64,000 nt of DNA from NCBI GenBank assembly GCA_963729605.1, contig CAVSNY010000004.1:160001-224000 (forward strand), written 5' to 3'. Positions within the stretch are counted from its first letter, which is position 1. Each line of letters starts with the position of its first letter. The position numbers and the translations under genes were made by a program. The stretch comes from an uncultured Gammaproteobacteria bacterium (GTDB taxonomy: Bacteria > Pseudomonadota > Gammaproteobacteria > DRLM01). Of the stretch, positions 21,440-31,017 are shown in pieces. Below the pieces are notes generated by a model. The model was given only the letters and a program-made list of their open reading frames with translations. It ran no database searches and had not been told where the DNA came from.

Positions 21440-21466
21440 TAAGCTTTATTGTCTCCAAGCCGATAC
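21440..21466 (+). promoter_or_regulatory. Sigma28 promoter of cheV-cheR
   Basis: TAAGCTTT-N11-GCCGATAC. Confidence 0.65.
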
Positions 21467-21486
21467 CGGCGTTGTATTAACAAAGG

Positions 21487-22443
21487 ATGGACCACATGAG
21501 CGGTTTACTGGACGGGGTCAATCTCAGAACACGGCTCGTTGGCCATAACCGATTGGAGTTGTTGTTGTTTTTTCTGGATGGGACGCAACGTTACGGTATC
21601 AATGTCTTCAAAGTGCATGAGGTGATACAGCGTCCGCCTTTGACGCGCATTCCCAATGCGCCGGCGGTGGTGCGCGGCATGGCGACCTTGCGCGGCAAAA
21701 CCATTCCGGTGTTGGATTTGGGCATGGCCTTGAGCCAGCCGCCGATCGGCAGCGATGGTGCCGGCATCGTGATCGTCACCGAATACAACCGTACCGTGCA
21801 GGGCTTTCTAGTGCGGGCGGTGGATCGCATCGTGAATATCAATTGGGAAAGAGTCGTGCCTCCGCCGGAGGGCGCCGGGGATGATCACTTTCTGACCGCC
21901 ATCGCCCACGTCGACAAAGAGATGGTGGAAATGATCGATGTGGAGAAGGTGCTGAGCAACGTCAGCGGCGCGGAAATAGAAGTCTCGCAACAAACCGTAA
22001 ATTCCATGGAAACCACCCATCCGGCTCAGCATGTGGTGCTGGCGGTCGATGATTCCTCGGTCGCGCGTGGTCAGATGAAACGCACCCTCGATCGGGTCGG
22101 CGTGCAGACGGTGGTGGCGAGAGACGGCAAAGAGGCCTACGACATACTCAATTCGTGGGTGGAAAAGAAAGATCCGATTCTGAATCAATTGCTCATGGTG
22201 ATTTCCGACATCGAAATGCCGGAGATGGATGGTTATACCTTGACCTCCAAGATTAGGGCCAACGACCGGCTTAAGGACATGTATGTCATGCTGCATACCT
22301 CCTTGAGCGGTTTGTTCAACCATAATTTGATACGAAAGGTCGATGCCAACGCCTTCGTGCCGAAATTCGATGCCAACGATTTGGCCCAGGCGGTGATAGA
22401 ACGGATAAAAATAAAAGAGTCGGAAACACTGGGCAGTCAGTGA
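21487..22443 (+). CDS. cheV: Chemotaxis coupling protein CheV (CheW + REC)
   Basis: RTRLVGHNRLELLLF…YGINVFKV CheW domain; DDSSVAR and ISDIEMPEMDGYTL receiver domain. Confidence 0.96.
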   Translation: MDHMSGLLDGVNLRTRLVGHNRLELLLFFLDGTQRYGINVFKVHEVIQRPPLTRIPNAPAVVRGMATLRGKTIPVLDLGMALSQPPIGSDGAGIVIVTEYNRTVQGFLVRAVDRIVNINWERVVPPPEGAGDDHFLTAIAHVDKEMVEMIDVEKVLSNVSGAEIEVSQQTVNSMETTHPAQHVVLAVDDSSVARGQMKRTLDRVGVQTVVARDGKEAYDILNSWVEKKDPILNQLLMVISDIEMPEMDGYTLTSKIRANDRLKDMYVMLHTSLSGLFNHNLIRKVDANAFVPKFDANDLAQAVIERIKIKESETLGSQ

Positions 22444-22554
22444 GGGCAAGGAGTATGCGGCAGGGGGCGGTTGCCAAGCTCGGTGGCAGGCGGGATCGTA
22501 ACGATGCTCTGCCGTATTGGGCAGCCGTGGAGCAGCGTAACGCAAGGAGCGGCG

Positions 22555-23385
22555 ATGAGTGTTGACATAAACCCGCAGGAATACGCCGCCTTCCGTGATT
22601 TTCTGGAGGATGCCAGCGGGATCGTCTTGGGGGAAAACAAACAATATCTGGTCAATAGCCGTTTGAAGTCTTTATTGAACGAGCTCGGCGTCAAGTCCAT
22701 CGGTGAATTGCTGGCGATGGTGGACCGTACCGCCGGGACCCCGCTCCGGCAACGTATCATCGACGCCATGACTACCCACGAGACCTTGTGGTTTCGCGAT
22801 CAGTATCCGTTTGAAGCCTTGAAACGGATGATTCTTCCCGAACTGGTCCGTGGCAATAGCCCGAACTTGCGAATCTGGTCGGCCGCTTGCGCCTCCGGTC
22901 AGGAACCCTATTCCATCAGCATGATCTGCGAAGAGTATCGCCGCGAATATCCGAGCCGTCCTTTAGGATCAGTGCAAATCGTGGCCACCGACATTTCGCC
23001 GACCATTCTGCAAATGGCGCGCGAGGGCGTGTACGACAATATCGCCTTGGGCCGCGGTCTCACTCCTGACCGGCGTGAACGTTTCTTCACCACCGAGCAG
23101 GACAAGGCGCGAGTCAATCCGGAAGTGAAGCGCCAGGTCAGTTTTCGCGAGCTCAATTTAATGCAACCGTTTAAATCGCTCGGCAAGTTTCACGTGATTT
23201 TTTGCCGGAACGTCATGATTTATTTTTCCGATCCGCTCAAAGCCGACATATTGAACCGCATCGCCGAAGTGCTGGAACCGAACGGTTATTTGTTCCTGGG
23301 CGGTTCGGAATCGATCACCCGTTACTGCGATCGCTTCGAAGTCTCCCGTTCCCACGGCGGCATGGTGTTCCGCCTCAAGCCGTAA
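22555..23385 (+). CDS. cheR: Chemotaxis methyltransferase CheR
   Basis: TTHETLWFRD, RIWSAACASGQEPYS, IFCRNVMIYF motifs; AAGGAG RBS before ATG 22555. Confidence 0.96.
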   Translation: MSVDINPQEYAAFRDFLEDASGIVLGENKQYLVNSRLKSLLNELGVKSIGELLAMVDRTAGTPLRQRIIDAMTTHETLWFRDQYPFEALKRMILPELVRGNSPNLRIWSAACASGQEPYSISMICEEYRREYPSRPLGSVQIVATDISPTILQMAREGVYDNIALGRGLTPDRRERFFTTEQDKARVNPEVKRQVSFRELNLMQPFKSLGKFHVIFCRNVMIYFSDPLKADILNRIAEVLEPNGYLFLGGSESITRYCDRFEVSRSHGGMVFRLKP

Positions 23386-23509
23386 GCTCTCTCCAAACGC
23401 GCCGTGTCAGCGGCCGATGCGGCAAGCAGCGGCAGAAGTTTGCCGCTCGCTCGGGGCAACGGCCCAATGAAAACACGCTATCCCCCTGTTCTTCCCCCGT
23501 TGCGAGTCA

Positions 23510-23525
23510 TGGCACGCTCGTTGCT
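23510..23525 (+). promoter_or_regulatory. Sigma54 promoter of the flgB operon
   Basis: TGGCAC-GCTCG-TTGCT consensus -24/-12. Confidence 0.85.
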
Positions 23526-23560
23526 TTTGTAAACCCGTGATGGATCAGTTGGAGAAGACG

Positions 23561-23956
23561 ATGTCCTTGAGTCTCGATAAAGCATTCGGTATCTACGCGC
23601 AATCTTTGTCGTTGCGCGCGCACCGCGCCGAACTGTTGGCGAATAACATCGCCAACGCCGACACGCCCAACTATAAGGCGGTGGACATCGATTTCAAAAC
23701 GGCCTTGGCCAACGCCGGCGGCGGACAGCTGCCAATGGCCACTTCCAATTCACAACATATACAAACCGTGTCCGGCAACAACGCGCGCTACGAAACTCAA
23801 TATAGAGTGCCGCTGCAGCCGGCGCTGGACGGCAATACCGTCGATACCCAGGTTGAAAAAGCGGAGTTCTCGCGCAACGCGATACAGCATCAAGCGTCGT
23901 TGACCTTCCTCAATGGACGCATCAACGGCATTTTGTTGGCACTAAAGGGACAATAA
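23561..23956 (+). CDS. flgB: Basal-body rod protein FlgB
   Basis: LANNIANADTPNYKAVD, DGNTVD; GGAG RBS before ATG 23561. Confidence 0.96.
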   Translation: MSLSLDKAFGIYAQSLSLRAHRAELLANNIANADTPNYKAVDIDFKTALANAGGGQLPMATSNSQHIQTVSGNNARYETQYRVPLQPALDGNTVDTQVEKAEFSRNAIQHQASLTFLNGRINGILLALKGQ

Positions 23957-23959
23957 ACC

Positions 23960-24376
23960 ATGTCGCTTTTCAAAATATTCGATGTCGCCGGCTCGGCCAT
24001 GAGCGCGCAAACCGTACGCCTCAACGTGGTCGCCAGCAATTTGGCGAACGCCGACAACGTCAGCGGCACCGCGCAAGGTGCCTATAAGGCGAAACACCCG
24101 GTATTCAAGACCCTCCTCGATGCGGCGAATCCCGGAGACAAGGCGTCGTCGGGCGTCATGGTGTCGGACATCGTCGAAAGCACCGAGCCGGCGCAGAAGC
24201 GCTACATGCCGCAACATCCTTCGGCGGACGGCGAGGGTTATGTCTATCTCCCCAACATCAATCCCATCGAGGAAATGGTCAATATGATTTCCGCATCGCG
24301 TTCCTATCAAAGCAACGTGGAAGTGATGAACACCTCCAAGGAATTATTGTTGCGCACCCTCGGCCTCGGCCAGTGA
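23960..24376 (+). CDS. flgC: Basal-body rod protein FlgC
   Basis: ASNLANAD, HPSADGEGYV, EMVNMISASRSYQSN. Confidence 0.97.
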   Translation: MSLFKIFDVAGSAMSAQTVRLNVVASNLANADNVSGTAQGAYKAKHPVFKTLLDAANPGDKASSGVMVSDIVESTEPAQKRYMPQHPSADGEGYVYLPNINPIEEMVNMISASRSYQSNVEVMNTSKELLLRTLGLGQ

Positions 24377-24390
24377 TGAAGAGGTGAACC

Positions 24391-25062
24391 ATGACTACGA
24401 TTGACAGAGGTCTTATCGATCAACTCGGCCTCGGCGGCAATCAGAGCGCCCGCAAGCCCAGCAATAAACTCGGCCAGGAGGATTTCCTGAAACTGATGAC
24501 GACCCAGCTCAAAAATCAGGACCCGACCAAGCCGATGGATAACGGCGCGTTTCTCGCTCAAATCGCCCAGTTTTCCTCCGTGAGCGGCATTCAAGAAATG
24601 CAGGCCTCGGTCAAGCAATTGGTGGAAACCTTGTCATCGAATCAAACCATGCAGGCGGCGTCGCTGGTGGGTAAGACCGTGGTGGCGTCCGCCGACAGCA
24701 TGTTTTACGACGGCGAGCACGGGGTACAGGGCGGAGTGGAATTGACGAATGCCGCCGACAACGTGGTGGTCGGCATATACGATCAGAGCGGACAGCTCGT
24801 CAGAAAAATGGAATTAGGCTTTCAACGCAGCGGCACGCTGCCTTTCACTTGGGACGGTCTCATGACCAACGGCGCGGCGGCGCCCCCCGGCGCGTATCGG
24901 TTGAGGGCCGAATCCATCGTCGACGGCAAGGCGGTGGCGATCGATACCTTGGTGGCCGAACCCATCGCGGCGGTGAACATGGCCTCCGGCGGCAAGGCGT
25001 TGTCGCTGACCCTGGCGGGCGGATCCAATATCAGCATGAGCGACGTCAAGCAGATCATGTAG
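24391..25062 (+). CDS. flgD: Hook capping protein FlgD
   Basis: LGQEDFLKLMTTQLKNQDPTKPMDN. Confidence 0.97.
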   Translation: MTTIDRGLIDQLGLGGNQSARKPSNKLGQEDFLKLMTTQLKNQDPTKPMDNGAFLAQIAQFSSVSGIQEMQASVKQLVETLSSNQTMQAASLVGKTVVASADSMFYDGEHGVQGGVELTNAADNVVVGIYDQSGQLVRKMELGFQRSGTLPFTWDGLMTNGAAAPPGAYRLRAESIVDGKAVAIDTLVAEPIAAVNMASGGKALSLTLAGGSNISMSDVKQIM

Positions 25063-25095
25063 TCGCTAATTTATATAGTGTAGAGGAGTGTAAAG

Positions 25096-26313
25096 ATGCC
25101 TTTTCGTATTGCTTTAAGCGGATTGAACGCGGCCTCCGCCGAGTTGCGGGTGGTGGCCAATAATATCGCCAACGTGAGCACCACCGGTTTCAAAAAATCG
25201 CGCACTGAATTTGCCGACATCTATTCCGTGGCGAGTCTCGGTAACGCCGGTATCGCGATCGGCAGCGGCGTGTCGGTGGCGGCGGTGTCGCAGCAGTTCA
25301 GCCAAGGTAACATTTCCTTCACCGATAACGGTCTCGATCTCGCGGTCAGTGGCCAGGGTTTCTTCCGCCTCAGCGATCAAGGCAGTACGGTCTACACCCG
25401 CTCCGGCGCCTTCAGCGTCAACCGCGAGGGTTATATCGTCAATCCGCAAAATGCGCGGTTGACCGCCTATCTGGCTGACAACAATGGCAACGTCACGGGC
25501 GCCTTGGGCGATTTGCAATTGAATACCTCCGATATTTCACCTCAGCCGACTACATCGATCGCCGTGGGCGTCAATTTGGACGCGACGGCGCCGATTCCGC
25601 CGGCCTTTAATATCACCGACCCCACTACCTATAATAATTCCACCTCGTTGACGGTGTACGATTCGTTGGGGACCGCGCATTTGTCGGAGATTTTTTACCG
25701 CAAGAGCGCCGCCAACACCTGGGAGACCCGTCTCTTTATCGATGGTGCTGAAGTCACTCCGACCACCAACGGTGATTTGACGTTTAATCCCGACGGCACG
25801 CTGGCCACCCCGGCGGGCGGTCAAGTCGCCTACAACAGCTTTCCCATCCTCGGCGCGAATAATTTGAATGTGGTGCTGGATTATTCCGCCAGTTCGCCCT
25901 CCACGCAGTTTGGCAGTAAGTTCGGCGTGAATTTCCTCGATCAGGACGGTTTTACCACCGGCCGCTTGAGCGGTCTCGACATCTCGGATAACGGCATAGT
26001 CCAAGCGCGTTTCACCAACGGCCAGTCGCGCACCCTCGGACAAGTAGCGCTTGCCAACTTCGCCAATTTGGAAGGTTTGCGGCAATTGGGCGATACCACC
26101 TGGGCGGAGAGTTTCGAGTCGGGCGTGGCCCTGATCGGACAGCCCGGTACCGCGAGTCTGGGCTTGATTCAGTCGGGAGCCCTCGAGGATTCCAACGTCG
26201 ATCTTACCGAGCAGTTGGTGGCGATGATCACCGCGCAGCGTAATTTCCAGGCCAACTCACAGGTCATCAGCGCCGCCGACACCGTGACGCAGACCATCAT
26301 CAACATTCGCTAG
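25096..26313 (+). CDS. flgE: Hook protein FlgE
   Basis: [44 protein letters not shown]. Confidence 0.97.
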   Translation: MPFRIALSGLNAASAELRVVANNIANVSTTGFKKSRTEFADIYSVASLGNAGIAIGSGVSVAAVSQQFSQGNISFTDNGLDLAVSGQGFFRLSDQGSTVYTRSGAFSVNREGYIVNPQNARLTAYLADNNGNVTGALGDLQLNTSDISPQPTTSIAVGVNLDATAPIPPAFNITDPTTYNNSTSLTVYDSLGTAHLSEIFYRKSAANTWETRLFIDGAEVTPTTNGDLTFNPDGTLATPAGGQVAYNSFPILGANNLNVVLDYSASSPSTQFGSKFGVNFLDQDGFTTGRLSGLDISDNGIVQARFTNGQSRTLGQVALANFANLEGLRQLGDTTWAESFESGVALIGQPGTASLGLIQSGALEDSNVDLTEQLVAMITAQRNFQANSQVISAADTVTQTIINIR

Positions 26314-26345
26314 TGATCGACCGTCAATGACAGGCAGGAGTAAGC

Positions 26346-27083
26346 ATGGATAGAGTAATTTACGTGGCCATGACCGGCGCCAAGCACACCATGCGAGCCA
26401 ATCAGGTCAACACCAATAATCTCGCCAACATCAACACCACCGGTTTTCGCGGCGACCTCGCCGCCTTCCAAAGCAAGCCGATCGAAGGCGCGGGTTATCC
26501 CAGCCGCATCAATTCGGTGGCGAACACCGCCGGCTCGGATTTTACCCCGGGTTCTCTCATCACCACCGGCCGAGAATTGGACGTGGCGGTGCAGGGTGAA
26601 GGCTGGATCGCGGTGCAAGCCGCCGACGGTGAAGAAGCGTATACCCGCGCCGGTGATTTTACGGTGAACAACGCCGGCATGCTGCTCACCGCGGCGGGAC
26701 AGCCGGTGCTGGGCAACAGCGGACCGATCGCGGTGCCGCCGTTTTCCAAGCTCGAGATCGGCAAGGACGGCACGATTTCGCTGTTGCCGGTGGGCCAAGC
26801 CCCCAATACCCTGGCGGTGGTCGATCGCATCAAACTGGTCAATCCGCCGCGTGAACAATTGAGCAAAACCGCCGAGGGCTTGTTTAGAACCGGCAACGGC
26901 GAGCAGCCCGCGGACGCGAACGTGACGCTGGCCAGCGGCGTCTTGGAGACCAGCAACGTCAACGGCGTCTCGGCCTTGGTGAACATGATCGAGCTGTCGC
27001 GCCATCTCGAGGTGCAGGTGAAGCTTATTAAACAAGCCGAAGACAATGACGCGGCGATGGCGCAGGTGATGCGTCTCGGTTAA
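26346..27083 (+). CDS. flgF: Basal-body rod protein FlgF
   Basis: MDRVIYVAMTGAK, NNLANINTTGFR, LETSNVN. Confidence 0.96.
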   Translation: MDRVIYVAMTGAKHTMRANQVNTNNLANINTTGFRGDLAAFQSKPIEGAGYPSRINSVANTAGSDFTPGSLITTGRELDVAVQGEGWIAVQAADGEEAYTRAGDFTVNNAGMLLTAAGQPVLGNSGPIAVPPFSKLEIGKDGTISLLPVGQAPNTLAVVDRIKLVNPPREQLSKTAEGLFRTGNGEQPADANVTLASGVLETSNVNGVSALVNMIELSRHLEVQVKLIKQAEDNDAAMAQVMRLG

Positions 27084-27128
27084 GCGGTTGCCGAGCGATT
27101 ATCAAAATTTAAGTAGAGGAGTGTCACA

Positions 27129-27914
27129 GTGGACCCAGCATTATGGATCGCCAAAACCGGATTGGAAGCGCAACAGGCCAAGATGGCCGTCGTCTCCAAT
27201 AACTTGGCCAACGTCAGTACCACCGGCTTCAAACGCAGTTACGCGGCGTTTCAGGATTTGTTATATCAGAACGTACGGCAGGTGGGCGGCCAAACTTCGC
27301 AGGATACCCAGTTGCCTTCCGGCATGCATATGGGAACCGGCGTGCGGGTAGTGGCCACCGAAAAACTGTTCTCCCAGGGCAATATCGTCCAGAGCGAAAA
27401 CCCCTTGCACGTCGCGATTCAAGGCCGCGGGTTCTTGCAGGTGTTGTTGCCCGACGGCAGTCAAGCTTACAGCCGCGACGGTTCTTTGCATATGGACGCG
27501 CAAGGTCAATTGGTGACCGCCAGCGGTTATCCGCTGCAACCGGCCATCACCATCCCCGACAGTGCTCAAAGCATCACCATCGGCAATGACGGCACGGTGA
27601 GCGTGCGTCTCGCCGGACAAAGTTCGCCGACCCAGGTAGGCAATCTGCAACTCACCGATTTCATCAATACCGCCGGCCTGCAGCCGATGGGCGAAAATTT
27701 ATATCTCGAATCCGCCGCCAGCGGTTCGCCGCAGACCGGCACACCCGGCGTCAGCGGCCTGGGCACCTTGGTGCAAGGCTCTTTGGAAACCTCCAATGTC
27801 AACGTGGTTCAGGAATTGGTGGACATGATCGAAACCCAACGCGCCTATGAGATGAACTCGAAAGCGGTGGAAGCCAGCGACGGTATGCTGCGCTTCATCA
27901 TCAACAACACCTAA
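27129..27914 (+). CDS. flgG: Distal rod protein FlgG
   Basis: GTG start; [29 protein letters not shown]. Confidence 0.97.
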   Translation: MDPALWIAKTGLEAQQAKMAVVSNNLANVSTTGFKRSYAAFQDLLYQNVRQVGGQTSQDTQLPSGMHMGTGVRVVATEKLFSQGNIVQSENPLHVAIQGRGFLQVLLPDGSQAYSRDGSLHMDAQGQLVTASGYPLQPAITIPDSAQSITIGNDGTVSVRLAGQSSPTQVGNLQLTDFINTAGLQPMGENLYLESAASGSPQTGTPGVSGLGTLVQGSLETSNVNVVQELVDMIETQRAYEMNSKAVEASDGMLRFIINNT

Positions 27915-27924
27915 GTGATACGGA

Positions 27925-28668
27925 GTGGCTAGCGTGATAACGGTGAGCGGCTGGAATGGCAAAGGCAAGGCACACGGCGGGCGCCTGGGATTACTGCTGG
28001 GCCTGGCGCTGCTGGCGGGTTGCGCGAGCACGCCTCAGGAGCGTGCCAAATTCGCCCCCACGCCGCCGCTGATGGAAACACTGCCGCCGGCGACCGAGGG
28101 CGCGATTTTTCAATCCGGCCGTGAAATCTCCTTATTTCAGGACACCAAGGCGCGGCGGGTCGGCGACATGATCACCATCGTTCTGGTCGAACGGACGCAG
28201 GCGAGCAAGCAGGCCAGCACCAGCAGCAGCAAGGATCAGCAAGTGGGCCTGGAAAATCCCACCCTGCTCGGTTCGCCGCTCACCTTCCGCATGCCCGGCG
28301 GTTTGCCGCTTAATGGGCGCGATCTCAATTTGGCGACGAGTATCAGCGGTACCCGTTCTTTTTCAGGCGAAGGCGACAGCAGCCAGAGCAATCAATTGAG
28401 CGGCCAGATTACCGTTACCGTGGCCGACGTGTTGCCCAACGGCAATCTGATCGTACGCGGCGAAAAATCGCTGACCATCAATCAGGGCGATGAAAGTATT
28501 CAATTCGCCGGCATCGTGCGGCCGGCCGACATCGGCCCGGACAACACCGTACTGTCCACCTTGGTGGCGGACGCCAAAATCAGTTACACCGGCAAGGGAT
28601 CGCTGGCCGACGCCAATTCCATGGGTTGGCTGGGACGGTTGTTCAACAGCAAATGGTGGCCGTTTTAA
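27925..28668 (+). CDS. flgH: L-ring lipoprotein FlgH
   Basis: Lipobox LAGC, LFQDTKARRVGD, VLPNGNL, C-terminal WWPF. Confidence 0.96.
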   Translation: MASVITVSGWNGKGKAHGGRLGLLLGLALLAGCASTPQERAKFAPTPPLMETLPPATEGAIFQSGREISLFQDTKARRVGDMITIVLVERTQASKQASTSSSKDQQVGLENPTLLGSPLTFRMPGGLPLNGRDLNLATSISGTRSFSGEGDSSQSNQLSGQITVTVADVLPNGNLIVRGEKSLTINQGDESIQFAGIVRPADIGPDNTVLSTLVADAKISYTGKGSLADANSMGWLGRLFNSKWWPF

Positions 28669-28696
28669 CGCGGTCGGATAAGGAAACACACGCAAC

Positions 28697-29809
28697 ATGA
28701 ACCGTCGCATGCCCCGATATTTATTGCTCGTCCTGTGCGTATTGCTGCCGTGGACCGCGGCCAACGCCGAGCGCATCAAAGACCTCGCGGTGGTCGCCGG
28801 CGTACGTCACAACCAATTGGTAGGTTACGGATTGGTAGTGGGTCTCGACGGCAGCGGCGATCAGACCAGCCAGGCGCCCTTCACGGTACAGAGTTTGAAG
28901 AGCATGCTCGCGCAATTCGGTATTACCGTGCCGCCCGGGGTGGACCCCCAACTTAAAAACGTCGCGGCGGTGGCGGTGAACGCGGAATTGCCGCCTTTCG
29001 CCAAACCCGGCCAAAGCATCGATATCACGGTGTCGTCGCTCGCCAACGCCAAGAGCTTGCGCGGCGGCACCTTGCTGATGACGCCGTTGAAAGGCGCCAA
29101 TGGCGAGATCTACGCGATCGCCCAGGGCAATCTGGTGGTGAGCGGTTTCGGCGTCGGCGGCAGCGACGGCTCCAAGATCACCGTCAACGTGCCGAGCGCC
29201 GGCCGCATTCCCAACGGCGCGACCGTGGAGCGCGCGGCGCCGACCACGCTCGGCGGCGAGGACAGTCTGGTGCTCAATCTCAATAACGCCGATTTCACCA
29301 CCGCCAAGCGGCTGGCCGACGCGATCAACGACACCTTCGGCGACGGCATGGCCGTGCCGCTCGACGCCGCGTCGATCGCGGTGCACGCGCCGCGCGACCG
29401 CGGCCAGCGGGTGTCCTTCGTCTCGGTGCTGGAAAATCTCACGCTGGAACCGGGTGTCACCGCCGCCAAGGTCATCATCAATTCGCGCACCGGCACGGTG
29501 GTGATCGGCGAACACGTGCGGGTGACGGCCGCGGCGGTGGCCCACGGCAGCTTGACCGTGACGATTTCCGAAAATACCGGGGTCAGCCAACCCGCGCCGT
29601 TGTCGACCGGCACCACGGTAATGGTGCCGTCGTCGGAGGTGTCGGCCACCCAGGCGGCCAGCCGCATGTTTTTGTTTGAACCGGGCGTGACGCTGGCGCA
29701 GATCGTGCGCGCGGTGAATCAGGTCGGCGCCGCGCCGGGGGATTTGGTGGCGATACTGGAAGCATTGCGCGAAGCGGGCGCCTTGCGCGCCGAACTGATC
29801 GTTTTATAA
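28697..29809 (+). CDS. flgI: P-ring protein FlgI
   Basis: ERIKDLA…[39 protein letters not shown]. Confidence 0.97.
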   Translation: MNRRMPRYLLLVLCVLLPWTAANAERIKDLAVVAGVRHNQLVGYGLVVGLDGSGDQTSQAPFTVQSLKSMLAQFGITVPPGVDPQLKNVAAVAVNAELPPFAKPGQSIDITVSSLANAKSLRGGTLLMTPLKGANGEIYAIAQGNLVVSGFGVGGSDGSKITVNVPSAGRIPNGATVERAAPTTLGGEDSLVLNLNNADFTTAKRLADAINDTFGDGMAVPLDAASIAVHAPRDRGQRVSFVSVLENLTLEPGVTAAKVIINSRTGTVVIGEHVRVTAAAVAHGSLTVTISENTGVSQPAPLSTGTTVMVPSSEVSATQAASRMFLFEPGVTLAQIVRAVNQVGAAPGDLVAILEALREAGALRAELIVL

Positions 29810-29810
29810 G

Positions 29811-29953
29811 ACGGCGGACAAGGCAGTCCGCCGATTATGCCAAGGAAGACGGTTTGGAACCGTCGCGGGTGTCAGGGGAAATAGGAAAGAGGGAAGATCA
29901 TCCGCAGGGATGGAAAAAAGAACGGCCCGTCAAGGAAGGCGGGCCGCATTTTT
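29811..29953 (+). ncRNA. Candidate CsrA/RsmA-binding (CsrB/RsmY-like) GGA-rich structured RNA element in the flgI-flgJ intergenic region
   Basis: Nine GGA motifs in ~125 nt, four hairpins (one with an AAGGAA hexaloop), ending in a GC-rich stem followed by CATTTTT. The function is inferred. Confidence 0.45.
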
Positions 29954-29970
29954 AAAATTAGGTGAATGTG

Positions 29971-30936
29971 ATGACGATAGGCGCAACCAAAGCGGATGTA
30001 TACACCGACTTCAAAGGTCTGGCGGAACTGCGTCTGAACGGTCAGGCCAACCCGGAAGAGACATTGCGCACCGCCGGCCGCCAGTTCGAGGCCATGTTCA
30101 TTCAGATGATGCTGAAGAGCATGCGCGACGCCAGCCCCGGCGACTCTTTGATGGGCAGCGGCGGGCAGGATATGTATCAGGACATGTTCGATAAACAGAT
30201 GTCCTTGACCTTGTCGGCGAAGGGCGCGCTGGGTCTCGGCGAAGCCATGGTCCGCCAAATGCAACAAGCGCAAGTGGCGCCGAAAAATATCCCGGACGCC
30301 GCCGCGGCGGCGATGCCGCTGCGGCCTTCGGCGCCGGCCGGCGAGGCTTTACCGCTGCCGACCCGCGCCGTTCCCGCCGCCGCAGCGCCGGCCGGCCCGA
30401 GTGCAGCCGCGCAACATGAAAGTCAATCCGGTTTCAAGACACCGGAAGCATTTGTGGCGGCCTTGTGGCCGGCGGCGCAGGCGTCGGCCCATGAATTGGG
30501 CGTCGATCCGCGCGTGTTGATCGCCCAGGCGGCGCTCGAGACCGGCTGGGGCCGTTCCGTGCTGCAACACGGCGACGGCCGCAGCAGCCATAATTTATTC
30601 AACATCAAGGCCGGCGAGAGTTGGGAGGGTGGCCGCGTCAATGTCGCCACGCTGGAGTACCGCGACGGCGTGGCGATGAAGGAGCGTGCCAATTTCCGCG
30701 TCTATGATTCCTTCAAGGACAGCTTCGCCGACTACGTCGAATTGATTAAGTCCCAGCCCCGTTACCGGGATGCCCTGGCCAACGCCGGTGATCCACGGCA
30801 ATTCGTCAACGAGTTGCAAAGGGCGGGTTACGCCACCGACCCCCGCTATGCGGAAAAGATCGACGCCATTCTCCGGCGTGATCTCTTGAGCGGCCTGCCG
30901 GCCTTCAGGCCGGGCGGCGCCGAGTCGATAGCATGA
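29971..30936 (+). CDS. flgJ: Rod assembly protein / peptidoglycan hydrolase FlgJ
   Basis: QFEAMFIQMMLKSMR rod-binding domain; AQAALETGWG, NLFNIKA, GYATDPRYA glucosaminidase domain. Start could be 29962-29971. Confidence 0.96.
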   Translation: MTIGATKADVYTDFKGLAELRLNGQANPEETLRTAGRQFEAMFIQMMLKSMRDASPGDSLMGSGGQDMYQDMFDKQMSLTLSAKGALGLGEAMVRQMQQAQVAPKNIPDAAAAAMPLRPSAPAGEALPLPTRAVPAAAAPAGPSAAAQHESQSGFKTPEAFVAALWPAAQASAHELGVDPRVLIAQAALETGWGRSVLQHGDGRSSHNLFNIKAGESWEGGRVNVATLEYRDGVAMKERANFRVYDSFKDSFADYVELIKSQPRYRDALANAGDPRQFVNELQRAGYATDPRYAEKIDAILRRDLLSGLPAFRPGGAESIA

Positions 30937-31017
30937 ACAGGCGTGGGAGCCGATGGCTGGCCGGCCACGCCGCGGTAGGCCCGCGCAGCATGGGCGGTAA
31001 TAGAGTGGGGCGACATT

